Notes: generated by a model from the letters alone, not told the origin. A DNA stretch of 64,000 bases from Bdellovibrio sp. (GCA_036677065.1 JAKFBS010000004.1:634168-698167); one strand, 5' to 3'; numbered from the stretch's first letter, positions 38,219-48,565 are shown. Translations and numbers: made by a program.

Positions 38219-38850
38219 GGAAAAAACATATCACAGTTCATTTTTTCAGCACGGATATGGTAGTCTTTGCCTTCGAATTTGAATGTTAATTCTTCCGCAT
38301 GTAAAAACATGCGGGTCGTCTTATACATCGCGCCCATTTTGGTATTATAACTTTCATCATTATAACGAGTGTCGCCCATGATGGCATGTTTTGCTAATAC
38401 AGCATGTTTTCTGATTTGATGCTGTCTGCCAGTTTTAATTTCACACAACACTTCGGTAAAATATTGGTTGGTACGTTCAACTTTGACATGAGTGATACAG
38501 TTTTTACGCTCACTGGTTTTACCTTGAGGGTTTTTACGACCTTCGGCTTTATCAGATAAAGGCAGATCCCAAGTTAGAGTTAAAACCTTATCATTCCAGC
38601 CACCACGAAGCAGGGCGCGATAAATTTTTTGGCCCGAGCTTAATGATTTAGATAGGCCTTCGTGAAGAGCAGGGTCTTTAGCGACAACGACAAGGCCGCT
38701 GGTTTGCTGATCAATGCGATTAACAAAACTTTGTGGAAGTTTTCGTTCTAAAAGCCAATCTGAAAGACTAGGCTTTTCATTGTGTACAGAAACACCTTCA
38801 GGTTTGGCAAGTACGATAAAAAAAGCGTTGTCCTCTAGTATTGAAATCAT
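38215..38850 (-). CDS. RluA-family RNA pseudouridine synthase
   Basis: KPEG, VNRIDQQTSG with the catalytic Asp, TGRQHQIRKH, GDTRY, LHA. Confidence 0.92.
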   Translation of the reverse strand: MISILEDNAFFIVLAKPEGVSVHNEKPSLSDWLLERKLPQSFVNRIDQQTSGLVVVAKDPALHEGLSKSLSSGQKIYRALLRGGWNDKVLTLTWDLPLSDKAEGRKNPQGKTSERKNCITHVKVERTNQYFTEVLCEIKTGRQHQIRKHAVLAKHAIMGDTRYNDESYNTKMGAMYKTTRMFLHAEELTFKFEGKDYHIRAEKMNCDMFFP

Positions 38851-38891
38851 GGTACTATATACGAGTTAAGTAATTAAAAAGGCAAGGTATT

Positions 38892-39242
38892 ATGATGAAT
38901 GAAGACGAAATCAAACAGACCCAAGAAACTTCTACTGAGCAAACCGAAACTCCTAAGGAAAAAGTAAAAATTGAATTTCCTTACAGCGATGTTGTGCGCT
39001 CAATTACGCCAAAGGCCTTCGATGTGGCTGAAAACGTAGCCACCCAATGGAAGAACGACGAAAAATTCGATGTCGGTCTATCAAATCCTTTAGCTGAAGT
39101 TGCGGCTGTTAAAGCTTTAGAAAAAGCTAAAGAAGTAGAAAAAAAGTTAGAAGAAAAAGGTGTGATCACAGCCGCTAAAATGGGTGTCGAGATCGCAAAA
39201 ATTCAAGCTCAATCAATTCTAGCAAAATTTAAGAAGTCTTAA
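38892..39242 (+). CDS. Hypothetical helical protein (116 aa)
   Basis: AAGG SD upstream; host-like codon usage; first gene of an apparent operon with bolA. Confidence 0.75.
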   Translation: MMNEDEIKQTQETSTEQTETPKEKVKIEFPYSDVVRSITPKAFDVAENVATQWKNDEKFDVGLSNPLAEVAAVKALEKAKEVEKKLEEKGVITAAKMGVEIAKIQAQSILAKFKKS

Positions 39243-39247
39243 TTAGC

Positions 39248-39529
39248 ATGAACCGCGAAGAGCGTATTAAGACCATCTTAAAGCAGTTAAATCCAGTCGC
39301 TATCGAATTAAAAAACGATAGCGCCAAACATGCAAAGCATGTTGATCACATGGGCGTTGAACCTACGGGTGAGACGCATTACAAATTGAAAATTGTCTGT
39401 GAAATCTTTGAAGGTCTTTCACGTGTGGATCGCCAACGTAAGGTCTATGATCTTTTAAAAGACGAATTTACTTCTGGGCTTCACGCTTTGGAATTAAAAA
39501 CGTTATCTCCGAAAGAGTATAATGTCTAA
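39248..39529 (+). CDS. bolA: BolA family protein
   Basis: NDSAKHAKH, GETHYKL, FEGLSRVDRQRKVY, GLHAL. Confidence 0.9.
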   Translation: MNREERIKTILKQLNPVAIELKNDSAKHAKHVDHMGVEPTGETHYKLKIVCEIFEGLSRVDRQRKVYDLLKDEFTSGLHALELKTLSPKEYNV

Positions 39530-40811
39530 ATCGCCGATACTGGCCATCGATTTCGGCACTAGTAATTCACTAGTGGGCTGTGTTTATAACGGTGAAAAAA
39601 CCTTAGCACTGCCAATTGATGATTTAAACTCTGACCCGACGATGATGCGCACATTGCTCTATTTTCCAGAGCCTGATGTTTGTTATTATGGTCAGCGCGC
39701 CATTGATGAATTTCTAGAAAACGATATGGACGGGCGCTTGTTTCGCTCGTTCAAAACGCATTTACCGAATCAAGCTTACTTAGGCACAATGTTTAAGAAC
39801 CGCGTGCTTTCTTTAGAAAGCATTATTGGTTTATTCTTACTCGAATTAAAAAAACGCGCAGAACTTGCTATCGGGCAAAAAGTCACTCACGTGGTGATGG
39901 GTCGCCCGGCAAGATATTCAATGGATGAAGTGGCCGATGGTTTCGCGCTTCACCGTATGGAAAAAGCCTGCCAGTTTGCAGGCTTCACCAACGTGCAATT
40001 TGTGCCAGAGCCTTTGGCTGCCGCATTTGATTATCGCCGGCAAGCTACTGAAGAAAAAACAATTCTGATTGGCGATTTCGGTGGTGGAACTTCAGATTTC
40101 ACGATCATGCGAATTAACCCCAAAGAATTTAGTAAAAAAGATGTTCTATCTATCGAAGGTTGTCCGTTAGCGGGTGATGCTTTAGATAGTATTTTTATGT
40201 CGAATAAATTAAACGAATACTTCGGTGCAAAAACCAGATACATGCTACCGATGTCATCGAATGTGATGACTATGCCTCCTGGGGTTACGACGCGTTTAAA
40301 TCATCCAGCTCACATCGTGCATTTAAAAGATAAAGAAACTTATGAATTCGTGCGCGAGGTTAGAAAATGTGCCTTAACGCCAAAAGATGCTGTCGGTGTT
40401 GATCGATTATTCGTGCTTATTGAAGATAATCAAATTTTTCCATTTTTTGAAAGTATTGAAGCCAGTAAAAAAGAGCTTTCAAAAGCTGATAAATCAAATT
40501 TTAAATTTCCGTATCCAGATATCGAAGTTTACGAAACTTTTTCGGCCGAGCAATTTACAACGTGGGCTAATGACATTAAAAACAATATCATCCACGCGCT
40601 GGATCGTTCGCTGCAACAAGCGGGTCTAACTGAAAAAGATATTGATTTGGTGTGTTTAACTGGTGGAACTTCAAAAGTTCCGTTAATTCGCAAAGAGTTC
40701 GAAAAACGCTTCGGTTTTGATAAACTACAAACGCAAACTGAATTTCATAGTGTGACGGCTGGCTTAGTTGAAGTCGCAAGTCTTTGGGAAAAAGGTCAAA
40801 TCGTAAGCTAA
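39522..40811 (+). CDS. Hsp70-family ATPase, YegD-like
   Basis: IDFGTSNS, VMGRP, EPLAAA, DFGGGTSDF, LTGGTS; no substrate-binding domain. Confidence 0.9.
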   Translation: MSKSPILAIDFGTSNSLVGCVYNGEKTLALPIDDLNSDPTMMRTLLYFPEPDVCYYGQRAIDEFLENDMDGRLFRSFKTHLPNQAYLGTMFKNRVLSLESIIGLFLLELKKRAELAIGQKVTHVVMGRPARYSMDEVADGFALHRMEKACQFAGFTNVQFVPEPLAAAFDYRRQATEEKTILIGDFGGGTSDFTIMRINPKEFSKKDVLSIEGCPLAGDALDSIFMSNKLNEYFGAKTRYMLPMSSNVMTMPPGVTTRLNHPAHIVHLKDKETYEFVREVRKCALTPKDAVGVDRLFVLIEDNQIFPFFESIEASKKELSKADKSNFKFPYPDIEVYETFSAEQFTTWANDIKNNIIHALDRSLQQAGLTEKDIDLVCLTGGTSKVPLIRKEFEKRFGFDKLQTQTEFHSVTAGLVEVASLWEKGQIVS

Positions 40812-40819
40812 CCAAACGG

Positions 40820-41080
40820 CTAAAATTCGTTCAATCTTTCCTTTAAGTCTTCGATAAGAGATCTAACTTTGTCTAATTGCTCTTCTTCAGGGGATTTAGC
40901 AGCTTCGTCATGATCATTATCTGACCATGAGCCCAAAGCAGATTTAAGGTCCGTCTGTAATGACGACCACTTAACCTTAGCCAAACCCTGCAGATCTGTG
41001 GGGTTTAAAGCTTTCTGGTCAGCCTTTTTAGCTGCGCTGCTTTTCGCTGTGCTTTTACTTTTGGACTTCTTGTTGTTCAT
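40820..41080 (-). CDS. Small hypothetical protein (86 aa)
   Basis: Fills the gap between the yegD-like gene and ettA; basic N-terminus, C-terminal amphipathic helix. Confidence 0.6.
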   Translation of the reverse strand: MNNKKSKSKSTAKSSAAKKADQKALNPTDLQGLAKVKWSSLQTDLKSALGSWSDNDHDEAAKSPEEEQLDKVRSLIEDLKERLNEF

Positions 41081-41173
41081 TCTAAAGTTGTTTTGCCTTA
41101 GTCTTCTATGGTACTAATATCACTTCTAAAATCAAGGGGTTTGTTTTGCGCTGAAAGCGCAAGGGAGTTGCCA

Positions 41174-42850
41174 GTGTCTCAAGATATTATCTACACCATG
41201 AAAGGTGTTTCAAAAGTTTATCCACCGAACCGTTTTGTTCTAAAAGATATTTATTTATCATATTTTTATGGCGCAAAAATCGGCGTTCTTGGTCTGAACG
41301 GTTCAGGTAAATCATCATTGCTAAAAATTATGGCGGGTGTTGATACTGAATTTTTAGGTGAAGCATTTCCGGCAAAAAAGATGAAAGTCGGCTACTTAGA
41401 GCAAGAACCTAAATTAGATGAAACATTAAATGTTCGCGATAATATTTTTTCAGCAATGGGTGATCTGCCTAAATTAATGAAAGACTACAACGCGATCAAC
41501 GATAAATTTTCTGATCCTGATTTAGATCCAGACGAAATGAATAACCTGATCGAAAAACAAGGTGACCTTCAAGAAAAAATCGAAGCTTTGGGCGGCTGGG
41601 AAGTCGATCAAAAAATCGAACTTGTTATCGATGCCTTACGTTGTCCAGAACCAGATTCTGAAGTGGCCCACTTATCGGGTGGTGAAAAACGCCGTGTAGC
41701 TTTAGCGCGTTTGATTATGTCTAACCCAGATATTTTATTACTAGATGAGCCTACGAATCACTTGGATGCTGAATCAGTGGGTTGGTTAGAACAATACTTA
41801 GCTAAATTTCCTGGAACAGTCATCGCCGTAACCCATGATCGTTACTTCTTAGATAACGTTGCTGGTTGGATTCTAGAATTAGACCGTGGTGAAGGTATTC
41901 CTTGGAAAGGCAATTACTCATCTTGGTTAGAACAAAAAGATAAACGTTTAGCTTCTGAACAACAGTCGCAAAGCAAAAAAGCTAAAACATTAGAGCGCGA
42001 GTTAGAATGGATTCGTCAGGGTGCAAAGGCCAGACAAAGCAAATCTAAAGCACGTATTCACGCTTACGAAGATTTATTAAAAGAGCCATCAGCCGAAAAA
42101 TTACAAGAGATGTCGATCTACATTCCTGCAGGTCCTCGCTTAGGTAATGTCGTTGTTGAAGCTCAAGGCGTAACAAAAGGTTACGGTAAAAAATTACTTC
42201 TTGATGGTGTTGATTTCGTGATCCCTAAAGGAGCCATCGTTGGAGTTATCGGGCCAAACGGTGCCGGTAAATCAACATTATTCAAAATGATCACAGGCAA
42301 AGAAAAACCAGATTCTGGAACATTCAAAGTCGGTGAAACTGTTAAAATCGCTTACGTTGATCAAACGCGTGAAACTCTTGATCCAAATAAAACGATTTAT
42401 GAAGAATTATCAGGCGGCGCCGATCTTATTAAATTAGGTAACCGCGAAATTCCGGCGCGTCAGTACGTCAGCTGGTTTAATTTCTCGGGATCAGACCAAC
42501 AGAAAAAAGTGGGCACATTATCAGGCGGAGAACGTAACCGCGTGAATATGGCAAAAATCTTAAAAGAAGGTGCGAACTTACTTTTACTAGATGAGCCGAC
42601 AAATGACTTAGACGTAAATACAATGCGTGCGCTTGAAGAAGCTTTAAATGAATTCGGGGGCTCTGCGATTGTGATTTCCCATGATCGTTGGTTCTTAGAC
42701 CGCGTATGTACTCACACAATGGCCTTTGAAGGCGATTCAAAAGTTTACTTCTACCCAGGCAGCTTCTCAGAATACGAAGAAGACCGCAAAAAACGCATGG
42801 GCGAAGACACAGCTCCAAAACGCATCCGCTACAGAATGATTGATCAGTAA
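41174..42850 (+). CDS. ettA: Energy-dependent translational throttle protein, ABC-F family; probable start GTG 41174
   Basis: GAKIGVLGLNGSGKS, two ABC cassettes, ELDRGEGIPWKGNYSSWLEQK, LERELEWIR; GGGAG SD before 41174. Confidence 0.95.
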   Translation: MSQDIIYTMKGVSKVYPPNRFVLKDIYLSYFYGAKIGVLGLNGSGKSSLLKIMAGVDTEFLGEAFPAKKMKVGYLEQEPKLDETLNVRDNIFSAMGDLPKLMKDYNAINDKFSDPDLDPDEMNNLIEKQGDLQEKIEALGGWEVDQKIELVIDALRCPEPDSEVAHLSGGEKRRVALARLIMSNPDILLLDEPTNHLDAESVGWLEQYLAKFPGTVIAVTHDRYFLDNVAGWILELDRGEGIPWKGNYSSWLEQKDKRLASEQQSQSKKAKTLERELEWIRQGAKARQSKSKARIHAYEDLLKEPSAEKLQEMSIYIPAGPRLGNVVVEAQGVTKGYGKKLLLDGVDFVIPKGAIVGVIGPNGAGKSTLFKMITGKEKPDSGTFKVGETVKIAYVDQTRETLDPNKTIYEELSGGADLIKLGNREIPARQYVSWFNFSGSDQQKKVGTLSGGERNRVNMAKILKEGANLLLLDEPTNDLDVNTMRALEEALNEFGGSAIVISHDRWFLDRVCTHTMAFEGDSKVYFYPGSFSEYEEDRKKRMGEDTAPKRIRYRMIDQ

Positions 42851-42896
42851 GATCATGCTAAATAGATCAGTAGGATCATATAAAATCGATCAGTAA
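42842..42896 (+). repeat. Degenerate 23-bp tandem repeat starting GATCAGTA (three copies, last partial) overlapping the ettA stop
   Basis: GATCAGTA at 42842, 42865 and 42888. Confidence 0.75.
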
Positions 42897-42919
42897 TCGT
42901 TAGATACAGATTCAAAAGT

Positions 42920-42953
42920 AAAAAAAGCAGTTGGGAAACCAACTGCTTTTTTT
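42920..42953. terminator. Bidirectional intrinsic terminator after ettA
   Basis: AAAAAAAGCAGTTGG-GAAA-CCAACTGCTTTTTTT. Confidence 0.92.
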
Positions 42954-43281
42954 ATCTAAAAACAGGTGAATCTGGTAAGCCCGCATCAGAACCTACAACC
43001 CCTTTTGCAGTGTCGCGAAGTATCGTTAAATTCTGCTCTGTATTTCGGTTTACACTTTTCAAACTACTTAAAGTCGGCGATACATCCGGTAAGTGTAAAT
43101 CACCTGATGGCTACGTTGAATAACCCAGCTTAGAACAACAAAAACTGTAAACCCAAATACAGAGTGAGTTTTGATGGTGCCTTCGAAATTATCTTTGAAG
43201 TATCGTAAGACCCCGTATATTCGGAACTCGGATCGAAAATCACCCTGCGTAGCTAGGTTGGTAATTTTATTGGCAACACCT

Positions 43282-43677
43282 TTGAACACCAACTGTAACT
43301 ATGAAAAGAGCCGTCGATACAATACTATCTATAAAATACCCCAAGAAAATTTAGGCTATATTAAATTACTTAAGCGCGGCTATGAATTACGCAAAAAAAG
43401 AAATTCACGCTACTCAATAAGAAAATATGCCAAAGATCTTGAGCTTACGCCGATGCATTTAAGTTATATCTTGCGAGGGCAAAGAGGGCTATCGCGCAAG
43501 AAAGCCGAGGTTATCTCGAAAGTTTTGCGATTGTCATACGCAGATAGAAAAAAATTTCTACAAATTGTATCAGCTTTAAGTGCTAGATCGTTTAGAGAAA
43601 GAAATTTGGCACAACTCGGTCTGCGTAACTCTTATTTCTTCTCCGGCGAAATTACTTCGTCTGTGAAGGTTACATAA
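43282..43677 (+). CDS. TIGR02147-like XRE-HTH domain without the C-terminal DUF4423-like domain; start uncertain, possibly a pseudogene
   Basis: RKKRNSRYSIRKYAKDLELTPMHLSYILRGQRGLS; no SD-associated ATG near the domain; 3' end overlaps the convergent gene by 46 nt. Confidence 0.6.
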   Translation: MNTNCNYEKSRRYNTIYKIPQENLGYIKLLKRGYELRKKRNSRYSIRKYAKDLELTPMHLSYILRGQRGLSRKKAEVISKVLRLSYADRKKFLQIVSALSARSFRERNLAQLGLRNSYFFSGEITSSVKVT

Positions 43678-44000
43678 TAAAATTGATGTTTTTTGTTTTG
43701 TGTTTCAGCCCATTTTTTTACAACCAGCACCATTTCATCACGAATTTTTTCGCGCTCTTCAGGTAGGCGATCGCCAAAATATTCGCAGAATACAGTTAAA
43801 GTAGAACCCGTTTCGGCAACCCACATCGGACGGGCGGAAATATTTTCTTTAGGTTGTGCTTGTAGCATGATCGGAAAAAGAGATTTTTCCATTTCAGACT
43901 GAATTTTTTCAGCTTTTTTCTCAGCAAGCGTGAGCCAGGCTTCTTTAGAAAAGTAACCCACACCTGCAATAAGGACTAAGCTTGCGAAAAAGTATTTCAT
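43632..44000 (-). CDS. Hypothetical membrane-anchored/exported protein (122 aa) directly after rodA
   Basis: ATG abuts the rodA stop; N-terminal hydrophobic helix. Confidence 0.75.
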   Translation of the reverse strand: MKYFFASLVLIAGVGYFSKEAWLTLAEKKAEKIQSEMEKSLFPIMLQAQPKENISARPMWVAETGSTLTVFCEYFGDRLPEEREKIRDEMVLVVKKWAETQNKKHQFYYVTFTDEVISPEKK

Positions 44001-45128
44001 CTAGAATAGGTATCTGCGGTAGGCGACCGAACTGATTAAACCCATGCCTAGCATTGTGGTTAGCATTCCCGACCCACCGTAACTTAACAGCGGTAGCGGA
44101 ACACCCACGATCGGAAGTAACCCGATCACCATGCCGATATTGATAAACATATGCCAGAATAAGTATGCAGAAACCCCGACGACCACAAGGGCTCCGAATT
44201 TATCCCGTGCCCGGGCGGCAATTTCAAAACACACTAAAAATAAAAACACAAATGTGGTAAGCACGGCAACGCTTCCGACAAAGCCCCATTCTTCAGATAA
44301 CACCGAATAAATAAAATCGGTGTGACGTTCTGGTAAGAATTCTAATTGTGATTGTGTGCCCTGGCGAAAGCCTTTACCAAAAAATTGGCCAGAACCCACG
44401 GCAATACGAGACTGAATCGAGTTATAACCTTTACCCTGAGGATCTGAATCCGGAGAAATAAACGTATAAACACGGTTTCTTTGATAATCTTTAAGAGCGT
44501 ATTTCCACACCACCGGTAAAGCGAAGGCCCCCACTAAGACAAGGGTAACTAAAATGCTTTTTCTGATTTTTACGAAAAATAATAAAGTTCCGCCGATTAA
44601 CATTAACATCATCGCCGTTCCAAGATCTGGCTGCTTCATGGTTAAAACAAACGGCACAAATAATAAGGCAAACGGAAACAGTAAATCGCGCATCCCCATA
44701 CCAGGGCCTTCAGGATTTCGATTAATTAGAATTCTAGATAAGACTAAAATCAGACACATTTTCATGGTTTCAGAGGGTTGATATCTGAAAAATTGCAGAT
44801 CAATCCAGCGTTGGCCGCCTAGAACGGCTTTACCAAAGAAATCCACATAAACCAGAGCGCCGACATTGATGATATACATAAACCACACGATGCGGTTGAT
44901 CCATAAATAATCTATGAACGTCATCACGAAAAAAATCGTCCAGCCCGCAGTCAGCCATACGATCTGTTGAATAAATAAAGTTTCAACTTCTCTTGAGTGA
45001 GGTCCATGCGTGGCGCTAAATAAATTAATAAGACCAATCACATTTAATGTAAAAATTAAGGCAATCAGGCGCAGGTCAATACGACTTAAAAAATTTCTCT
45101 CTGATACGTTTAATCCACCAATTGACAT
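44001..45128 (-). CDS. rodA: SEDS peptidoglycan glycosyltransferase RodA
   Basis: GGQRWI, QPSE, QPDLGT, GYNSIQSRIAVGSG, LPERHTDFI, GVPLPLLSYGGS; downstream of mrdA. Confidence 0.96.
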   Translation of the reverse strand: MSIGGLNVSERNFLSRIDLRLIALIFTLNVIGLINLFSATHGPHSREVETLFIQQIVWLTAGWTIFFVMTFIDYLWINRIVWFMYIINVGALVYVDFFGKAVLGGQRWIDLQFFRYQPSETMKMCLILVLSRILINRNPEGPGMGMRDLLFPFALLFVPFVLTMKQPDLGTAMMLMLIGGTLLFFVKIRKSILVTLVLVGAFALPVVWKYALKDYQRNRVYTFISPDSDPQGKGYNSIQSRIAVGSGQFFGKGFRQGTQSQLEFLPERHTDFIYSVLSEEWGFVGSVAVLTTFVFLFLVCFEIAARARDKFGALVVVGVSAYLFWHMFINIGMVIGLLPIVGVPLPLLSYGGSGMLTTMLGMGLISSVAYRRYLF

Positions 45129-45137
45129 CTCTATTCC

Positions 45138-47123
45138 TTAATCATTACTCGGTGCTACTGTCGGAGTCGCGGCACCTCTTGCATTTGGATTTTTCTTTAA
45201 CGCCTCTTTAATAATATCTGGATGATACTTTTTAAAATACGCTTCGATGATATCGCGCACGATAGGTGCAGCTCCGGTATTACCATGGCAACTATGCTGT
45301 GCCAGTACGGCGACAGTGATTTCAGGCTTCTCGGCGGGAGCCCAAGCTATATACCAACCATGATGGCGCATTTGTAACGGACGAGCTTCACAAGATTGAT
45401 AAATTTGATCTGCCGAAAAACTCATAACCTGCGCGGTTCCGGTTTTTCCGGCCATTTCAACGCCTGGCACTTTCCAGTGTCTTGCCGTACCGCCACCGCT
45501 ATTGGCCACGCGGCGCATAGCTTCTTTAACAATTTTAAATGTTGCTCGGTCAATTTTGTAGCCATTTGGCTGGGGTAAAGTTACATCGCGAATTTCTGCA
45601 GGAAAACGTTCAAATAAAATTTTACCTTCGTGATCAGTGACCTTTTTGACAATAAAGGGTTTTACAACTTTTCCTTCGGTAGCGATGGTGTTGTAAGCCA
45701 CGGCCATTTGTAAAGGAGTTGCTGTAACATAACCTTGGCCGATCGCCATAGTTAAATTTTCACCGGGTTGCCAAGGCTCACCAAGACGGGCTTTTTTCCA
45801 TTCAGAACTTGGCAGTCTTCCCGGGGCTTCGCGGTCCATCTCAATGCCGGTGCGCTGGCCAAGGCCGGTAAGACTAATGTAGTTATACATTTTATCCACA
45901 CCTAGCGAGATCCCCATTTTATAAAAGAACACATTCGAACTTTTTTCTAAAGCCGTATAAATATCAATATTTCCGAAACCGTTTTTATTGTGATCATGAA
46001 AGTTACGATTACCAAACCAAAGTTTTGGCGGCGCCGATATAATAGTTTTATCGGTAATCACTTTTTCTTGAAGAGCAGCAAGGGCTACTAATGGTTTAAA
46101 TGTTGAGCCCGGCCAAAAGTGATCTTGAATCACTTTATTTCTGAATGGTTTCATCGGGTCAGTGCTTAATTTACGCATGAGCTTTGCGGGCACATCTGTT
46201 GTAAAAATATTAGGGTCAAAGCTTGGTGAATTTAACCAGGCTAAAATTTCGCCGTTTGATTTCATCGCTACGACCGCGCCGATACGATTCATTTTAACCA
46301 TCGAATCGTAAGCCGCTAATTGTATATCACGATCAATCGTAAGCATCGCGCTATGACCATGCGTAGGTTCGATATCTTTAATTTGTTCACCGTAAATATT
46401 CGGAATTTCGGTCACTGTTTGGCGGCCATGGGCATCTACCTGAACAAAGCTTACACCATCTTCGCCGCGGATTTTTTTCTCTAAGTGCTCTTCAAGGCCA
46501 GATTTACCAACGATGTCACCTTGTTCAAAGTTTAAATCAGGTGCATTTTTTCTATTTAATTTTTCGATTTCTTTTTTCGAGATCTCGCCCACATAGCCGA
46601 AGAGCTGTGCACCATCTTCACGAAGAGGGTAATAACGAATAATCGACTCCCGAATCTCTAAGCCCGGAAAATCCAAACGAATACGTTTTAAACGAAACAC
46701 TTCTTCGCGCGACAAGTTGTCTTTTAGGCGAATTAATGAAAATGGACCGTTAATCTTTTTACTACGAAGGATTTTATCGGTTAATTTAGCAGGCTCTAAG
46801 CCGATGATAGGGGCTACATTTTCTGATAATAATTTTAGGTCTTCGATGTATTGCGGTGAAATTATGGCTTCAAAGCCCGGTAAATTTTCAACTAAGGCTT
46901 TACCATCGCGATCAACAATTAAACCACGGGGTGCGATGATTTTAGTTTGTTTAACACGATTTTTTTCTGAATACTGACGTAACTCGCGGCCATTGATGAT
47001 CTGTAACCACATTAAACGTGTGCAAAAGATAACTACGGTAATGGCGACAAAAATATAAAACGGGCGGTAACGGTTTAAAAAATCGCGGGCCTCTTCGGGA
47101 TTACTAATATACTGGGTTCTCAC
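45138..47123 (-). CDS. mrdA: Penicillin-binding protein 2
   Basis: N-terminal TM helix; PRGLIVDR, GKSGLE, PGSTFK (SxxK), SSN, KTGTAQ. Confidence 0.95.
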   Translation of the reverse strand: MRTQYISNPEEARDFLNRYRPFYIFVAITVVIFCTRLMWLQIINGRELRQYSEKNRVKQTKIIAPRGLIVDRDGKALVENLPGFEAIISPQYIEDLKLLSENVAPIIGLEPAKLTDKILRSKKINGPFSLIRLKDNLSREEVFRLKRIRLDFPGLEIRESIIRYYPLREDGAQLFGYVGEISKKEIEKLNRKNAPDLNFEQGDIVGKSGLEEHLEKKIRGEDGVSFVQVDAHGRQTVTEIPNIYGEQIKDIEPTHGHSAMLTIDRDIQLAAYDSMVKMNRIGAVVAMKSNGEILAWLNSPSFDPNIFTTDVPAKLMRKLSTDPMKPFRNKVIQDHFWPGSTFKPLVALAALQEKVITDKTIISAPPKLWFGNRNFHDHNKNGFGNIDIYTALEKSSNVFFYKMGISLGVDKMYNYISLTGLGQRTGIEMDREAPGRLPSSEWKKARLGEPWQPGENLTMAIGQGYVTATPLQMAVAYNTIATEGKVVKPFIVKKVTDHEGKILFERFPAEIRDVTLPQPNGYKIDRATFKIVKEAMRRVANSGGGTARHWKVPGVEMAGKTGTAQVMSFSADQIYQSCEARPLQMRHHGWYIAWAPAEKPEITVAVLAQHSCHGNTGAAPIVRDIIEAYFKKYHPDIIKEALKKNPNARGAATPTVAPSND

Positions 47124-47677
47124 GATTCTACCTCAGACGCATGATCAGTGCTGGTCGGTCCCCAATTTTGATTTGATTGAAAACGATTATCTATAAATTC
47201 TAAGAATTTATAGATCGGAATACTGAATAAGAAATTGCAGCCCATTTCTAACAGGCGATGTAAAAAGAAAACCGGTGTAGGGTTGGGCTCTAACCAGCGT
47301 GAAATCGTAATGTACGCAATGGCATAAAATAACGATGCGCTTGTAGTTAAGATCGAAAAATAAAATAACGATGTTGAGTGAATGCGGTTTTTGAAAAACC
47401 AAACAAACAACAATAAAGCCACTAAGCTAGTCCACGCCATTTTTAGCGGAATATAAGAATAACGGGTCATTACTAATCCCAAAAAATAGATAAAAAAGAC
47501 CGCGCGAACCGAAGGCCATTTTAAGGCCACAAATACGATCATAATTAACCACAATTGCGGGGCCGGAAAAGATCCCAGAACAAAAGGCCAAAAGCTGGTT
47601 TGAAACGCGCAAAAGGCGTAAAACACCAAAGTGAAAACTAAAAGTTTTAAAATAAGTAAAATCGAGCTTCTAGACAT
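47120..47677 (-). CDS. mreD: Rod shape-determining protein MreD-like
   Basis: Multi-TM 185-aa protein between mreC and mrdA (synteny-based call). Confidence 0.75.
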   Translation of the reverse strand: MSRSSILLILKLLVFTLVFYAFCAFQTSFWPFVLGSFPAPQLWLIMIVFVALKWPSVRAVFFIYFLGLVMTRYSYIPLKMAWTSLVALLLFVWFFKNRIHSTSLFYFSILTTSASLFYAIAYITISRWLEPNPTPVFFLHRLLEMGCNFLFSIPIYKFLEFIDNRFQSNQNWGPTSTDHASEVES

Positions 47678-47680
47678 TGT

Positions 47681-48565
47681 TTAGTTATTGCCTTCAGGTT
47701 TTGTAGGCGTTTCAACAGCAGCCGTTGTCGTCTCAGGAAAAAAATCTTCATGAGCCGCATCGATCACAACAAAAACTTCTTCAATTTTATTTGATTCAAT
47801 AACTGGTTTTACATTCACGACTAAAGTAGCACTTTTTGTTTTGCGCTCAACATCTGTTACCACGGCTAACGGAAAGCCCTTCGGAAAGATATTATCTAAA
47901 CCGCCAGTAACGATGATATCACCAGATTTTACATCTTCTGTGCGATCGATGTACTGTAAAATGCCGCCATCTTTACTTGTGCCTTCGATAATACCGCGAG
48001 CACGAGTTTTCTGTATCATGGCATCAAATACCGAATAACGGTCGGTGATCAGCATCACATGAGATGTGTGCTCTGAAGGGCGAAACACATAACCTACAGC
48101 CCCAGAAACAGTGATGACTGCCTGTAAATGTTTAAGGCCGTGCTTTTTACCTTTATTAATTGTGATCGTCTTATGATCCGGAAGCATATCGCGGCCGATC
48201 ACTTGTGCAGGCAGAAGCTCCATCTTAGTGTTCTTTTGAAAGTCTAAAATGTTTTTTAATCGGGCAATTTCAATCTGACTTTCATCAAAAAGCTTAAGAC
48301 GAGTTTTGATTTCAGCTAATTCGCTCTGTAAGCGGGCATTATCTTTTTTAATATTCAGTAAATTGACATATTCAGAAGCTGTTCCACGAACACCTAAGCT
48401 TAATCCAGAGAATAACGACTGAAAGCCATCAGATAAAAAGCTTAAGGGCTGGGCAAACCAGCTTTCCTGAGTTTTTTTCTGCTCCATGTTAATTGAAATC
48501 AACGGCAGTAAGGCCATCAGTACAATGAGAATCGCTTTTTTGAAATTTATATTTAGAAAATTCAC
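47681..48565 (-). CDS. mreC: Rod shape-determining protein MreC; probable start GTG 48565
   Basis: TM helix, coiled coil, AQVIGRD...ITINKG, GDIIVTGGLDNIFPKGFP; AGGAG upstream of 48565; the longer ORF would overlap the divergent gene. Confidence 0.92.
   Translation of the reverse strand: MNFLNINFKKAILIVLMALLPLISINMEQKKTQESWFAQPLSFLSDGFQSLFSGLSLGVRGTASEYVNLLNIKKDNARLQSELAEIKTRLKLFDESQIEIARLKNILDFQKNTKMELLPAQVIGRDMLPDHKTITINKGKKHGLKHLQAVITVSGAVGYVFRPSEHTSHVMLITDRYSVFDAMIQKTRARGIIEGTSKDGGILQYIDRTEDVKSGDIIVTGGLDNIFPKGFPLAVVTDVERKTKSATLVVNVKPVIESNKIEEVFVVIDAAHEDFFPETTTAAVETPTKPEGNN

Noticed and set aside
42842..42896. Mini CRISPR array
   Set aside because: Period is only 23 nt with an 8-nt conserved core, no proper spacers and no cas genes
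42960..43292. 74-aa minus-strand ORF (43068-43292) and the upstream extension of the 43171 ORF
   Set aside because: No recognisable motifs or SD; probably decayed DNA that I cannot assign
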